Shown in pieces: positions 1-9,137 of a DNA stretch of 64,000 nucleotides (within the stretch, counting starts at the first letter, position 1; each line of letters starts with the position of its first letter). This DNA is from Turneriella sp. (lineage in GTDB: Bacteria; Spirochaetota; Leptospiria; Turneriellales; Turneriellaceae), in assembly GCA_965279515.1 (NCBI GenBank), contig CBDIID010000003.1, positions 1,760,001 through 1,824,000 on the forward strand, read 5' to 3'. The position numbers and the translations under genes are program-made. Under the pieces are notes generated by a model. It had not been told where the DNA came from and did not search any database. It was given only the letters and a program-made list of their open reading frames with translations.

Positions 1-1238
1 TCGTACCGATTGCGCATGAGGCCATTTATCTGGAAGACGATCAATGGGGCTATATTGCCGCGGAAGGGGTTTCTATTTTTAATGCCGCGGGTGAACCAAT
101 CCAGGCGGCATGGCAGCCGGTTTCGATGAGCGCCGAAGATGTCGACAAAGGCGATTATGAATACCTGATGCTCAAGGAAATTTACGAGCAACCGGACGTT
201 TTCGAGCGCATTTTTAAGGAACGCCTGGATGACACCTTCATTCATTTCCCTGAACTCAAATTCGGCAAGGAATACCTGGCGCGTGTGGGCAGAATACTGA
301 TTCAGGCATGCGGCACTTCACTCAACGCGGGCATGATTGGACGCATGTATCTTGAGCAGTTCGCGCACATCAGCGCGGAAACAGACTATTCGTCTGAATG
401 GCGGTATCGCAACCCTCTCGCCAGCGGCGATTCGCTGGTCGTAGGCATTAGCCAGTCGGGAGAAACCGCGGACACCCTTGCCGGCATGCGCGAGGCGAAG
501 GCAAAATTCATGCGCGTGCTTTCATTTCTGAACAATGTCAATTCCACCATGGCGCGCGAATCCGATGCGATGATTAGCCTCATGGCCGGGCCCGAAATCG
601 GTGTTGCTTCGACCAAGGCATTCACCGCGCAGGTTTTGAATCTGCTGTTTTTCTCCCTCTACGTAGGTTCGATCAAATGGTTGCTGCCGGCCGAAGAACG
701 CACCACGGTCCTGAATGAAATCCGTGCACTGCCCGATAAGATGCGTAAAATTCTGCAGAGCCATGACCGCATTAAGGAAATTGCCCAGTTCTTAAAAGAT
801 AAGAACGACACGATTTTTCTCGGGCGAACTTACAATTATCCTTCGGCACTCGAGGGAGCGCTGAAGCTCAAGGAAATATCATATATCCACGCCTCGGGTT
901 ATGCCGGCGGCGAATTTAAGCACGGTCCTCTTGCGCTGGTGAGCGATAATGTTCCCGTGGTGATTATTGCACCGCAGGGGGATATCCGCACCAAGATGAT
1001 TTCAAACCTGAAAGAGGCGCAGTCAAGAAAAGGCAAGATTATTTCGATAATAACCGAAGGCGATGAGGAAATCAAGAAAGAGTCTGATTTTTATGTCGAA
1101 ATTCCCCCCTGCCTCGAGAGCATCTCACCGCTTTTGGTTGCCATTCCATTGCAGCTTCTGGCATACTACACAGCGATTGAGCGCGGCTGCGATGTGGATC
1201 GTCCCCGCAACCTTGCGAAATCCGTAACTGTAGAGTAG
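1..1238 (+). CDS. glmS: Glutamine--fructose-6-phosphate transaminase, 5'-truncated by window edge
   Basis: Frame open from position 3; SIS motifs ACGTS, SQSGETADT, EIGVASTKAF, KHGP and C-terminal PRNLAKSVTVE. Confidence 0.97.
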   Translation, partial: VPIAHEAIYLEDDQWGYIAAEGVSIFNAAGEPIQAAWQPVSMSAEDVDKGDYEYLMLKEIYEQPDVFERIFKERLDDTFIHFPELKFGKEYLARVGRILIQACGTSLNAGMIGRMYLEQFAHISAETDYSSEWRYRNPLASGDSLVVGISQSGETADTLAGMREAKAKFMRVLSFLNNVNSTMARESDAMISLMAGPEIGVASTKAFTAQVLNLLFFSLYVGSIKWLLPAEERTTVLNEIRALPDKMRKILQSHDRIKEIAQFLKDKNDTIFLGRTYNYPSALEGALKLKEISYIHASGYAGGEFKHGPLALVSDNVPVVIIAPQGDIRTKMISNLKEAQSRKGKIISIITEGDEEIKKESDFYVEIPPCLESISPLLVAIPLQLLAYYTAIERGCDVDRPRNLAKSVTVE

Positions 1239-1239
1239 C

Positions 1240-2346
1240 ATGCCCGAAAAAACGCGGAAAAGACCTGCCCTGAGTTCGTCGAAGGGCGGCGTCAAGAAGC
1301 GTACCAACTCAGCGGCCAAACCAAAATCCGCAGCCTTGCCGAAAACCGGCACTACCAAAGAAGAAACACCACAGCTGACTGAGATGCAGGAAGCGCGCAG
1401 CGAGCGCGATGAAAAAGTACATGCCCTGTTGCCCGATATTCAAAAGAAAAAGCCCGAGGCCCTCGCCGAATTTTTCGAAGTTTTTTCAGACGACATCTAT
1501 AACTTTCCCATGCGGATGTTCCGCTTCAATGAAGACGAGGCGAGCGAATTTTATCTCTACGCATTCGAACATTTGCGCGACGGCCGCAAAATCTCCAGCT
1601 TCCAGGGGAAGGCCAAGTTTACCACCTGGTTTTATGCGGTATTGAGGAACCTGACGATTGACTTTCTGCGTTCGCAGAAAGACAAGATGCGTTTCACGAC
1701 CTACCTCAAGGCCGATGCCTCGGGCAAGATGGTAGACGCCATCGAATCCGTTTCAGATACGCGCGATCAGAACCTTTTTGAAGAGACCTTATTCGAGCAG
1801 TTCAATACCTCGCTCACCTCGCTGGCACTGGCGCAACGCGTGCTCTTCAAACTCGCGTATGCCTGGTATTTTGAACTCAATGCCGAAGAACTGGAATACC
1901 TGACAGATTTGCATAAAAAATCTCCCGCTGAAATCTTAAGCCGCCTGCAGGAACTCAAAAAAGTAGCGCACGAACGCTCCGTCGAGGTGCGTGATCTCGA
2001 AGAAAAACTCACCAGTAACTTTCAGGGTATTTCGGTACTTGAAACCAAGGTCGAGGCTTTTTTCCGCGAGAATCCGGACATCGACAAAAGACGCGAAACA
2101 TGGAATGAAGAATTTTTCTCGACGACGATACCGCCGCAGATCACCGACATGATCCAGAGCCTGATGAAGAAGAAGAAAAAGCAGCAATCGCTGCTGCTGC
2201 ACCAGAAAAAAAGTCTGTTGTCGATCCGCGTACCCTACAAAGATCTCGGTGAATTATTGCAAAGCACGCAGGGAGTTCTCTCGGTGCAGTTAATCCGCAT
2301 CGTCGAAAAACTCAGCCAGTCGCTGACGAATCCGCTTGGCGAATAA
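1240..2346 (+). CDS. Sigma-70 family RNA polymerase sigma factor, atypical and long
   Basis: Region-2-like FQGKAKFTTWFYAVLRNLTIDFLRS; C-terminal HTH-like YKDLGELLQSTQGVLSVQL; Lys-rich N-terminal tail. Confidence 0.75.
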   Translation: MPEKTRKRPALSSSKGGVKKRTNSAAKPKSAALPKTGTTKEETPQLTEMQEARSERDEKVHALLPDIQKKKPEALAEFFEVFSDDIYNFPMRMFRFNEDEASEFYLYAFEHLRDGRKISSFQGKAKFTTWFYAVLRNLTIDFLRSQKDKMRFTTYLKADASGKMVDAIESVSDTRDQNLFEETLFEQFNTSLTSLALAQRVLFKLAYAWYFELNAEELEYLTDLHKKSPAEILSRLQELKKVAHERSVEVRDLEEKLTSNFQGISVLETKVEAFFRENPDIDKRRETWNEEFFSTTIPPQITDMIQSLMKKKKKQQSLLLHQKKSLLSIRVPYKDLGELLQSTQGVLSVQLIRIVEKLSQSLTNPLGE

Positions 2347-2354
2347 TACAGATT

Positions 2355-3233
2355 TTAAACGGGGGAAATCCCCACTGCCCGCACCCCCAGTTCTGTGACG
2401 GCGAGAGTAAAGCTCAGGCCATCACCCTTACGCGGCTGCCATTCGGCCGGAATATTTTCACGGAAAAAAGGAATATAATCGTGCGGGCCTTTGGCTTCGA
2501 TCTGGCCGCGGCCGCTATTGCGGTTAAAGAACTTCACAGTGCCGCGGATGCTGCGGCCATCGAGTTGGTAATAAGCCAGAAGGGCCTCGAGGGTATGCGC
2601 CGAAGAGATTGCGGCGTTCAGCTTTTTCAGCAACTGGTCAAAATCCTGTAAATGTTTCGCATAGTCGGCCTGCGGAATCTGCCGGTAAAGGCGGCCATCC
2701 CAGTTTTGCAGGTGCACCAGGTTGCGGATCTCATTGCGGAAAGCATCGAGTTCGTCGGCGAGCGCGGCATCGACGATCTGCATTCCGCGCAGCTGCTGCG
2801 CATGCATCGCAAAGGTGCGCTTGCGGATCAGGTTCAGCAGGTTCTGGTGCCCGGCATGGGTCGACCCTTTCGAGCGGTCTGACGCATCGGAGACAACCAG
2901 CGGATCGGCAATGAGGGCAAAGACCACTGCCTCGATGATAATTCCCTGCGTGATCAGGAGCTGAAAGAACAGCGCGCTTTCGAGCGAATACTGCGGCTTG
3001 AAAAGTTTGTATTGCCAGAGCTGGTATTCAATCAGCTGCAGCATGTAGCAGATATTTGACTTAAACTCCGAATCTTTAAGATACTTGAAGTAGGTATCCC
3101 GGTAATAATCGATGGTCTTGAGCGTGCCCTTGGGTATCGCCAACGGAATCTGCGCGCCGAATTTTTCCGAAAACTCGACGAACTCACGGATGAGATGCTG
3201 TGCCCTGTATTGAGGAGTCGTTTGGCCTTCCAT
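2355..3233 (-). CDS. Hypothetical protein with helical N-domain (possible HEPN-like RNLVH) and C-terminal cold-shock-like domain
   Basis: 292 aa; C-terminal GTVKFFNRNSGRGQI...GDGLSFTL...GVRAVGI resembles a cold-shock domain. Confidence 0.6.
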   Translation of the reverse strand: MEGQTTPQYRAQHLIREFVEFSEKFGAQIPLAIPKGTLKTIDYYRDTYFKYLKDSEFKSNICYMLQLIEYQLWQYKLFKPQYSLESALFFQLLITQGIIIEAVVFALIADPLVVSDASDRSKGSTHAGHQNLLNLIRKRTFAMHAQQLRGMQIVDAALADELDAFRNEIRNLVHLQNWDGRLYRQIPQADYAKHLQDFDQLLKKLNAAISSAHTLEALLAYYQLDGRSIRGTVKFFNRNSGRGQIEAKGPHDYIPFFRENIPAEWQPRKGDGLSFTLAVTELGVRAVGISPV

Positions 3234-3293
3234 TTTATTATGTCACTTGATATTTGCGAAGGGAACCGGGGGTATGCGCAGCGTCAATCCGGT

Positions 3294-4361
3294 TTATTTT
3301 TTCGGCCGGCGCCTTACACTGCCGGCGATCGGCGCCTTTTCCAGAATGGTAATCGCCTTCTTCTCGCCGCGGATCTCCACAAAAAGTTCTGTGCCTTTTG
3401 CGGCGGCATCAAAGCGCATCATACCCATGCCGTAATTTTTCGTAAAAGAAAAGGTTCCGGATGTGACCTCGCCGACCTTCGCGCCGCCGGCATTCACAAT
3501 GGGATATCCCTGGCGGGGCACACCTTCCGCGTTCAGCGAAAAACCATACGTCACCTGACCGATAGCTTTTTCCCGCAGCGCCTTCGGCGCGATGCAGTCG
3601 TGGTCAGCGTAGATAAAGGCAATGCCTGATTCCTGTGGCCTGAGCTCGGTGGAAAGCTCATGGCCGTAGAGCGGCATCAGTGCCTCGAGGCGCAAGACAT
3701 CGCGCGCCGCGAGGCCGCAGGGCATAACGCCCGCCGCCTGCAGGTCTTGCCAAAGCTTCACGCCCTCGGCCATCGGGCAGGCAATCTCAAAGCCGTCTTC
3801 CCCGGTATAACCCATGCGGCCGATGAAAGTTGTCTCCGCCGGCAGGCGCACTTCGTAATAATACATCTCATCGAGAAAGGAAAACTTCTTCGCAAGAAAT
3901 TCATGCGCCTTAGGTCCCTGTACGGCGATCAGGGTGTAATCCGCCCACGGAGAAACTTCGACCAGATCAGCAATGTGCTTTTTTAACAAAGCGACGTCGA
4001 CCTCGCGGTTGCCGGCATTCGCAACGATGAGCCAGTGCGTGTCGCTGATCGCCGAAACTGTAATATCATCGACGAGGCCTGCGTTTTCATTGTAGAGTGC
4101 ATTGTATTGCGCCTTACCGGCTTTCAGTTTGTCAGGAACACGCACGCAGATACGGCTGAGCGCCGTCACCAGGTCGTCGCGGCTTTTAGCCTTGAGCGAA
4201 ACCGGCAGCATGTGCGAAACATCGAACATGCCGCAGCGTTCGCGTACCGCGGTTACCTCGTCTTTGACCGCACCGTACGAAACCGGCATATTGTAACCGG
4301 CAAACGGTGTGAACTTTGCGTTCAGCTTCTTATGCTCGTCAAAGAGCGGCGTGGTATTCAT
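3294..4361 (-). CDS. gcvT: Glycine cleavage system aminomethyltransferase T
   Basis: TPLFDEH, FAGYNMPVSY, MFDVSHM, GYTGEDGFE, RDVLRLEA. Confidence 0.96.
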   Translation of the reverse strand: MNTTPLFDEHKKLNAKFTPFAGYNMPVSYGAVKDEVTAVRERCGMFDVSHMLPVSLKAKSRDDLVTALSRICVRVPDKLKAGKAQYNALYNENAGLVDDITVSAISDTHWLIVANAGNREVDVALLKKHIADLVEVSPWADYTLIAVQGPKAHEFLAKKFSFLDEMYYYEVRLPAETTFIGRMGYTGEDGFEIACPMAEGVKLWQDLQAAGVMPCGLAARDVLRLEALMPLYGHELSTELRPQESGIAFIYADHDCIAPKALREKAIGQVTYGFSLNAEGVPRQGYPIVNAGGAKVGEVTSGTFSFTKNYGMGMMRFDAAAKGTELFVEIRGEKKAITILEKAPIAGSVRRRPKK

Positions 4362-4993
4362 GCAGTCGGCGTAATTTTATGAATCAGCTTTTCAATCCGC
4401 TTTTGTTGTGAAGCCTTGGGCAGCGATTTTAACCGACTTTTGAGTATCGCCTGAAATTCGACCATGGCCTTTTCATCGAGTACCGGGGCGCACATTTCCG
4501 CGTACATACCGAACTGGTTTGCCGGGCTGTTTTTCAGCCGGCTGAAAAGCGGCGGCAATGCCTGCGCCGCATGTTTCTTAATGCCGGCAAGTTTCACAAG
4601 AATTGCTGTGGCATGATCGTTGGTAATCACCGACCCCTGATTTGCCGCAGACAAAATCGTGCCGAGCTGTTCGGCAATGAGATCGGCATCAAAAGCGGCA
4701 ATCAAATCGAGGGCCTTCATCGCGCCCCACTGCAGGCGGTTATTATCGCTCGCCAAAAGCCCGGCGAAGAAACTGACCCTGCCCGCAATGAGTTCGGGCT
4801 TCAGTGCGGCTATTTCATAGAGCACTTTGATCGCGTCATTTTGAATGCCCGGCTTATCTGTCTCCACAAGGCGGATTAACTCCGCTACGGATTCTTTGTC
4901 GCCGGCCGCGGCAATTTTCTGTGCCAGGGCAATATTCGCGGCTTCACCTCGCTGCCCTTTCGAAGAAGACAATTGGTCTGTGATACTCATCAT
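4358..4993 (-). CDS. Hypothetical alpha-helical (HEAT/ARM-like) protein
   Basis: 211 aa ORF overlapping both neighbours by 4 nt; helical repeat pattern. Confidence 0.6.
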   Translation of the reverse strand: MMSITDQLSSSKGQRGEAANIALAQKIAAAGDKESVAELIRLVETDKPGIQNDAIKVLYEIAALKPELIAGRVSFFAGLLASDNNRLQWGAMKALDLIAAFDADLIAEQLGTILSAANQGSVITNDHATAILVKLAGIKKHAAQALPPLFSRLKNSPANQFGMYAEMCAPVLDEKAMVEFQAILKSRLKSLPKASQQKRIEKLIHKITPTA

Positions 4994-7233
4994 ACGCGCT
5001 TCAGCTCCGTAAATTTCAACAGGAATTTCCGCGTCTTGCCGTCGTCAAAAAAGATATGGATGCGCGCGGAATCGCCGTCACCCTCGACCTTGAGCACCCT
5101 GCCAGGGCCGAAATTCATATGTGTAACCTTATCGCCGCTCGAATAATTTTTGCCCGTACCCTGCGGTACAACCACACTGCCAAAATCCGGTTTTTTTGCG
5201 GTATCGGCAAAGGCGGCCCGGAAGGCGGGCTTCGGCCGTGAAGGCAGAATTGAAACGCGCGACGCAGACGGGGCGCCGCTAAAACCGTACGTTTTCTGTA
5301 TGCGGATCATTTCGCCGGGAATTTCATCGAGAAACGGCGAGGCCTTGGACGCCTCATAAAACCCCTGCGACATGCGGCGTTCAGCACGCGTGAAGAAGAG
5401 ATTGGTCTTCGCCCGCGTCACTGCCACATAAAAAAGCCGGCGCTCTTCGCTGATATCGCCATCGCGCTCGGACAAATAATGCGGAAAATAATTGCGTTCG
5501 AAGCCGGCGATAATGACAGTCTCAAACTCGAGCCCCTTCGCATTGTGCACGGTCATCAGGCTCACACTGGCGGTTTCAGCGTCTTCAGGGGCTGTGGTAG
5601 TAATCAGGGAAATCTGCTGCAAATAATCGCCGAGTGTCGCGTTTTCTGTCTGCCGCTGGTAGGCCAGCAGCGAATTTTTGAGTTCGGCGATATTCTCCAT
5701 GCGGCCGCTCGAAAGCAGCCGGTCTTCCTCTTCGTACAGCTTCTGCAAACCCGTGACATCCAGAAGCTCATCCAGGAAAAAACCCAGATCTGTTTTCGCC
5801 TCGGCTTTTTTCTTGAGCGCGGCGATGTCCCGGCCCAGCTTTTCAGAGGCGCCCAGGGCTTTGCCGGAAAGGGGATTCAGATCTGCGGCAGAGAGAAGTT
5901 CGACAAAGTCTGTCTGACCGCTCTCGGCACGAACGGCAAAAACTTTCTCTACGGATTTATCGCCGATGCCGCGCGGCGGCGTATTGATAATGCGGGCAAA
6001 CGCTGCTTCGTCGCGCCCGTTAACGATCAGGCGAAAGTAGGCAAGTACATCTTTGATCTCTTTGCGGGCGAAGAATGACATGCCGCCGTAAACGCGGTAA
6101 GGAATGCGCGCGTTGAGGCAGGCCTCTTCCAAAAGGCGTGATTGCGAGTTGGTACGGTAGAGTACCGCGATTTCGGAAAGCGAAGAATCCTTCGCTGCAT
6201 TCTGGATAATACTAATCACCTGCTGCGCTTCGGCGACATCGTCGGCGGTCGCAATCAGCACCGGTGTCAGGCCGCCTTCGCGCTCGGTGAAAAGCTTTTT
6301 CGGCATGCGCTCGAAATTGTTCTGTATGACCGCATTGGCAATCGCGAGAATCGGTTTCGTCGAGCGGTAGTTTTCTTCGAGTTTAATGACCACCGCGTCC
6401 TTGAAATCCACCGAAAAATCGAGAATATTCTTCACGTCGGCGCCGCGCCAGCCATAGATTGCCTGGTCGTCGTCGCCGACCACGCAGAGATTGCGGTCGC
6501 GCGAGGCGACGTGCTGCACGAAACGGTATTGTGCAAAATTGGTATCCTGGTACTCGTCGATGAGCCAGAACGGGTAACGGTTCTGCCAGCGCGTCAGCAG
6601 TTCGGGGTACTTGTCGAACAGGTGGCAGGGCAATGAAATCAGGTCCGCAAAATCCACAGCAAAGGAGGATTGTTTTTTGACCTCATAGAGCTGATACACT
6701 TCTTGCAGCATATCGCCGAACTCGTATTCGTCTAAATCAATTTCATCGGCGAGGTTCTGCGGCGTAACCAGCTTATCTTTAAAAGAAGAGATCGTATTCG
6801 CGAAATAACGGAACTGCGTCTTGTTGTATTTGCCGTCGAATTTTTCGAGAATCTGTGACAGCGCCTGCTGCTGATCGCCGTCATCCCAGATCGAAAAGTT
6901 TTCGGGATACTCGAGGTACTGGACATTGCGGCGCAGAAGATAGAGACCCAGCGAATGGAAGGTGCGCACGGTGCATTCGCTGCCAATGGGGCCCGCTGTA
7001 TTCAAAAGCCGCTCGCGCATCTCTCCCGCAGCTTTATTCGTGAATGTAACTGCGGCAAGATTATACGCCGGAACTTTTTCGACATGGATGAGGTAAGCCA
7101 TGCGGTGTATGATCGTGCGCGTCTTACCGGAACCTGCGCCCGCGAGAATAAGAAGCGGTCCGCGTGTTGTCTGCACCGCCTGCTGCTGCGGTGCATTCAG
7201 ATTTTTAAGTATTTCATTTTTCCAGTCAGACAT
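4990..7233 (-). CDS. uvrD: ATP-dependent DNA helicase UvrD/PcrA
   Basis: AGAGSGKT, VTFTNKAA, DEYQDTN, LEENYRS, MTVHNAKGLEF, EERRLFYVA; C-terminal Tudor-like domain; start taken at ATG 7233. Confidence 0.95.
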   Translation of the reverse strand: MSDWKNEILKNLNAPQQQAVQTTRGPLLILAGAGSGKTRTIIHRMAYLIHVEKVPAYNLAAVTFTNKAAGEMRERLLNTAGPIGSECTVRTFHSLGLYLLRRNVQYLEYPENFSIWDDGDQQQALSQILEKFDGKYNKTQFRYFANTISSFKDKLVTPQNLADEIDLDEYEFGDMLQEVYQLYEVKKQSSFAVDFADLISLPCHLFDKYPELLTRWQNRYPFWLIDEYQDTNFAQYRFVQHVASRDRNLCVVGDDDQAIYGWRGADVKNILDFSVDFKDAVVIKLEENYRSTKPILAIANAVIQNNFERMPKKLFTEREGGLTPVLIATADDVAEAQQVISIIQNAAKDSSLSEIAVLYRTNSQSRLLEEACLNARIPYRVYGGMSFFARKEIKDVLAYFRLIVNGRDEAAFARIINTPPRGIGDKSVEKVFAVRAESGQTDFVELLSAADLNPLSGKALGASEKLGRDIAALKKKAEAKTDLGFFLDELLDVTGLQKLYEEEDRLLSSGRMENIAELKNSLLAYQRQTENATLGDYLQQISLITTTAPEDAETASVSLMTVHNAKGLEFETVIIAGFERNYFPHYLSERDGDISEERRLFYVAVTRAKTNLFFTRAERRMSQGFYEASKASPFLDEIPGEMIRIQKTYGFSGAPSASRVSILPSRPKPAFRAAFADTAKKPDFGSVVVPQGTGKNYSSGDKVTHMNFGPGRVLKVEGDGDSARIHIFFDDGKTRKFLLKFTELKRV

Positions 7234-7237
7234 CGCG

Positions 7238-8107
7238 TTACATGCCAAGACCGGGAAAGCTGCGCTTCAGCAGAATATCGGCGTTGAGAAGCAGCATCAC
7301 AACGAGCATATAGATGATCGATGCGAAAAAAGCCCTGCCATACTGCTCTTTTCGGTAGATACCGCGCACAGTGCGGATGACGTAGTATACGGAAGCAATC
7401 CCACTGCCGATCAGGTACACCAGGCTATAGCCGGCCGATAAGCCCACGGCGAGAGCCAGCGGCGGCAAAGACAGACCGTAGATTAAAATATAAAGACGCG
7501 TGTAATCGTTACCGTAGACCAGCGGTAACACCGGCACACCGCCTTCGGCATAGTCGTGCTGAATTTTCAGCGTGAGCGCCCAGAAGTGCGCTGGCTGCCA
7601 CAGCATCATGAAGGCAAACAACAACCAGACGTCGGGAGCGAACCGGTCAGAGATACCATAAGAACCAATGAGCACCGGTAGCGCACCGGGCAGACCGCCG
7701 ACGATCGCACCAAAAGGGCCACGGCGTTTGAGGTATAATGTATACCAGACCGCGTAGGAAAGAATCGCCGCCATCGTGAATGCTGCGGCAAACCAACGCT
7801 GGTAAAAAACCAGCGGCGCAAATGACAACGCCGCCATGAAAAGAGCGATGCCCCAGAGCGTTTTTTTACCGAAACGATCGATGAGCTGGCTGCGCCACAG
7901 CGTCCGTTTCATGTTCTTGTCCATCGCATAGTCGAGCAGGTTGTTCATAATCGCCGAAGAACCTGATGACAGTGTGAGCGACCCCAGAATCCAGCAAAGT
8001 TCAGAGAGCGGCGGAAACCAGCGTTTCGCCATCAGCATGCCGGTAAAACCGGTCACGACGACGGTGAATATGATCGAACCTTTCGCGAGGCGTATTATGT
8101 CGCGCAT
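7238..8107 (-). CDS. cyoE: Protoheme IX farnesyltransferase (heme O synthase)
   Basis: NNLLDYAMDKNMKRT, YTLYLKRR, WQPAHFWAL, DYAEGGVPVLP; multiple TM segments. Confidence 0.92.
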   Translation of the reverse strand: MRDIIRLAKGSIIFTVVVTGFTGMLMAKRWFPPLSELCWILGSLTLSSGSSAIMNNLLDYAMDKNMKRTLWRSQLIDRFGKKTLWGIALFMAALSFAPLVFYQRWFAAAFTMAAILSYAVWYTLYLKRRGPFGAIVGGLPGALPVLIGSYGISDRFAPDVWLLFAFMMLWQPAHFWALTLKIQHDYAEGGVPVLPLVYGNDYTRLYILIYGLSLPPLALAVGLSAGYSLVYLIGSGIASVYYVIRTVRGIYRKEQYGRAFFASIIYMLVVMLLLNADILLKRSFPGLGM

Positions 8108-8152
8108 TATACCGAACGTATTAAGAAGCCAGACAGGGCGGAAACTGAAACT

Positions 8153-9061
8153 TTAGGCGGGAAGTTCGGACACAATCTTATTGCGCCCGGTGTTTTTTGC
8201 GTGGTATAGACGCTTATCGGCGAGTTCCACGAGGCGTTCTATAGGGTCAACGGGTGACATTTCAGAGAGCGACGCCACGCCGCCGCTAAACGTATACCGG
8301 ATCGCATGCCCGCCAGCCTCGCAGGCGGATTGCAACAGAGCCGTGCTGATACGGTTCAGGAAATCAATGCTTTTCGTAATCGTGCAGTCGAAGAACTGGA
8401 TGACGAATTCTTCGCCGCCAAAACGCGCGAGAATATCATATTTGCGGATCTGCCCCTTGATGGTCTGTGTAAAATGCTGCAGCACGGCATCGCCCGCCTC
8501 ATGCCCGTACTGGTCGTTGACATTCTTAAAGAAATCGATGTCTAATATCGCAACGCAGAGATTGCGGCGCATACGCATCGCGTAACTCAGATTCGACTGC
8601 ACGGCCTCAAAAAAGTAGCGGCGGTTGTAAGCCCCCGTGAGGTAATCTGTCACCGAGCGGATACGCAGCTCATACTCAAGGCTTTTCAGGCGCAATGCGG
8701 CCCGCATACGCGCCTTGAGCTCGCGCTGCATGACGGGTTTTGTCACATAGTCATGCCCGCCGACTTCAAAGCCCTTTTCGATATCCGTGGCGCTGTCGAG
8801 CGATGTGACAAATATGACGGGAATAACGCCATACTCTGAATTGCGTTTAATCTGCGAACAGAGTTCGAAACCGGAGATCTCTTTCTGCATCACGTCGAGC
8901 AAAATCAGGTCGGGCGGATGTTCGGCCATATGCGCCCAGAAATCGATCAGGTTTTTTGCGAGCGCAACTTCAAATTCGTTTTTCAGCAGGGCTTCGAGGT
9001 AGAGGCTTTCGACTTCAGAATCGTCAAGAATCAGAATACGCGGCAATCCCCCGTCAGCCAT
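8153..9061 (-). CDS. Response regulator diguanylate cyclase (REC-GGDEF)
   Basis: Receiver LLDVM; DIDFFKNVND; RKYD I-site before ARFGGEEF. Confidence 0.93.
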   Translation of the reverse strand: MADGGLPRILILDDSEVESLYLEALLKNEFEVALAKNLIDFWAHMAEHPPDLILLDVMQKEISGFELCSQIKRNSEYGVIPVIFVTSLDSATDIEKGFEVGGHDYVTKPVMQRELKARMRAALRLKSLEYELRIRSVTDYLTGAYNRRYFFEAVQSNLSYAMRMRRNLCVAILDIDFFKNVNDQYGHEAGDAVLQHFTQTIKGQIRKYDILARFGGEEFVIQFFDCTITKSIDFLNRISTALLQSACEAGGHAIRYTFSGGVASLSEMSPVDPIERLVELADKRLYHAKNTGRNKIVSELPA

Positions 9062-9137
9062 TGCAACCCCGCGCTACCATCAAGAATGTATGGTTGCAAA
9101 ACAGGCTGGAATGTAAATCGGTATTTTTCAAACAGCT

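Noticed and set aside
4358..8107. cyoE-uvrD-helical protein-gcvT run as a functional system
   Set aside because: Tightly packed but functionally unrelated housekeeping genes; I saw no evidence of a shared pathway.
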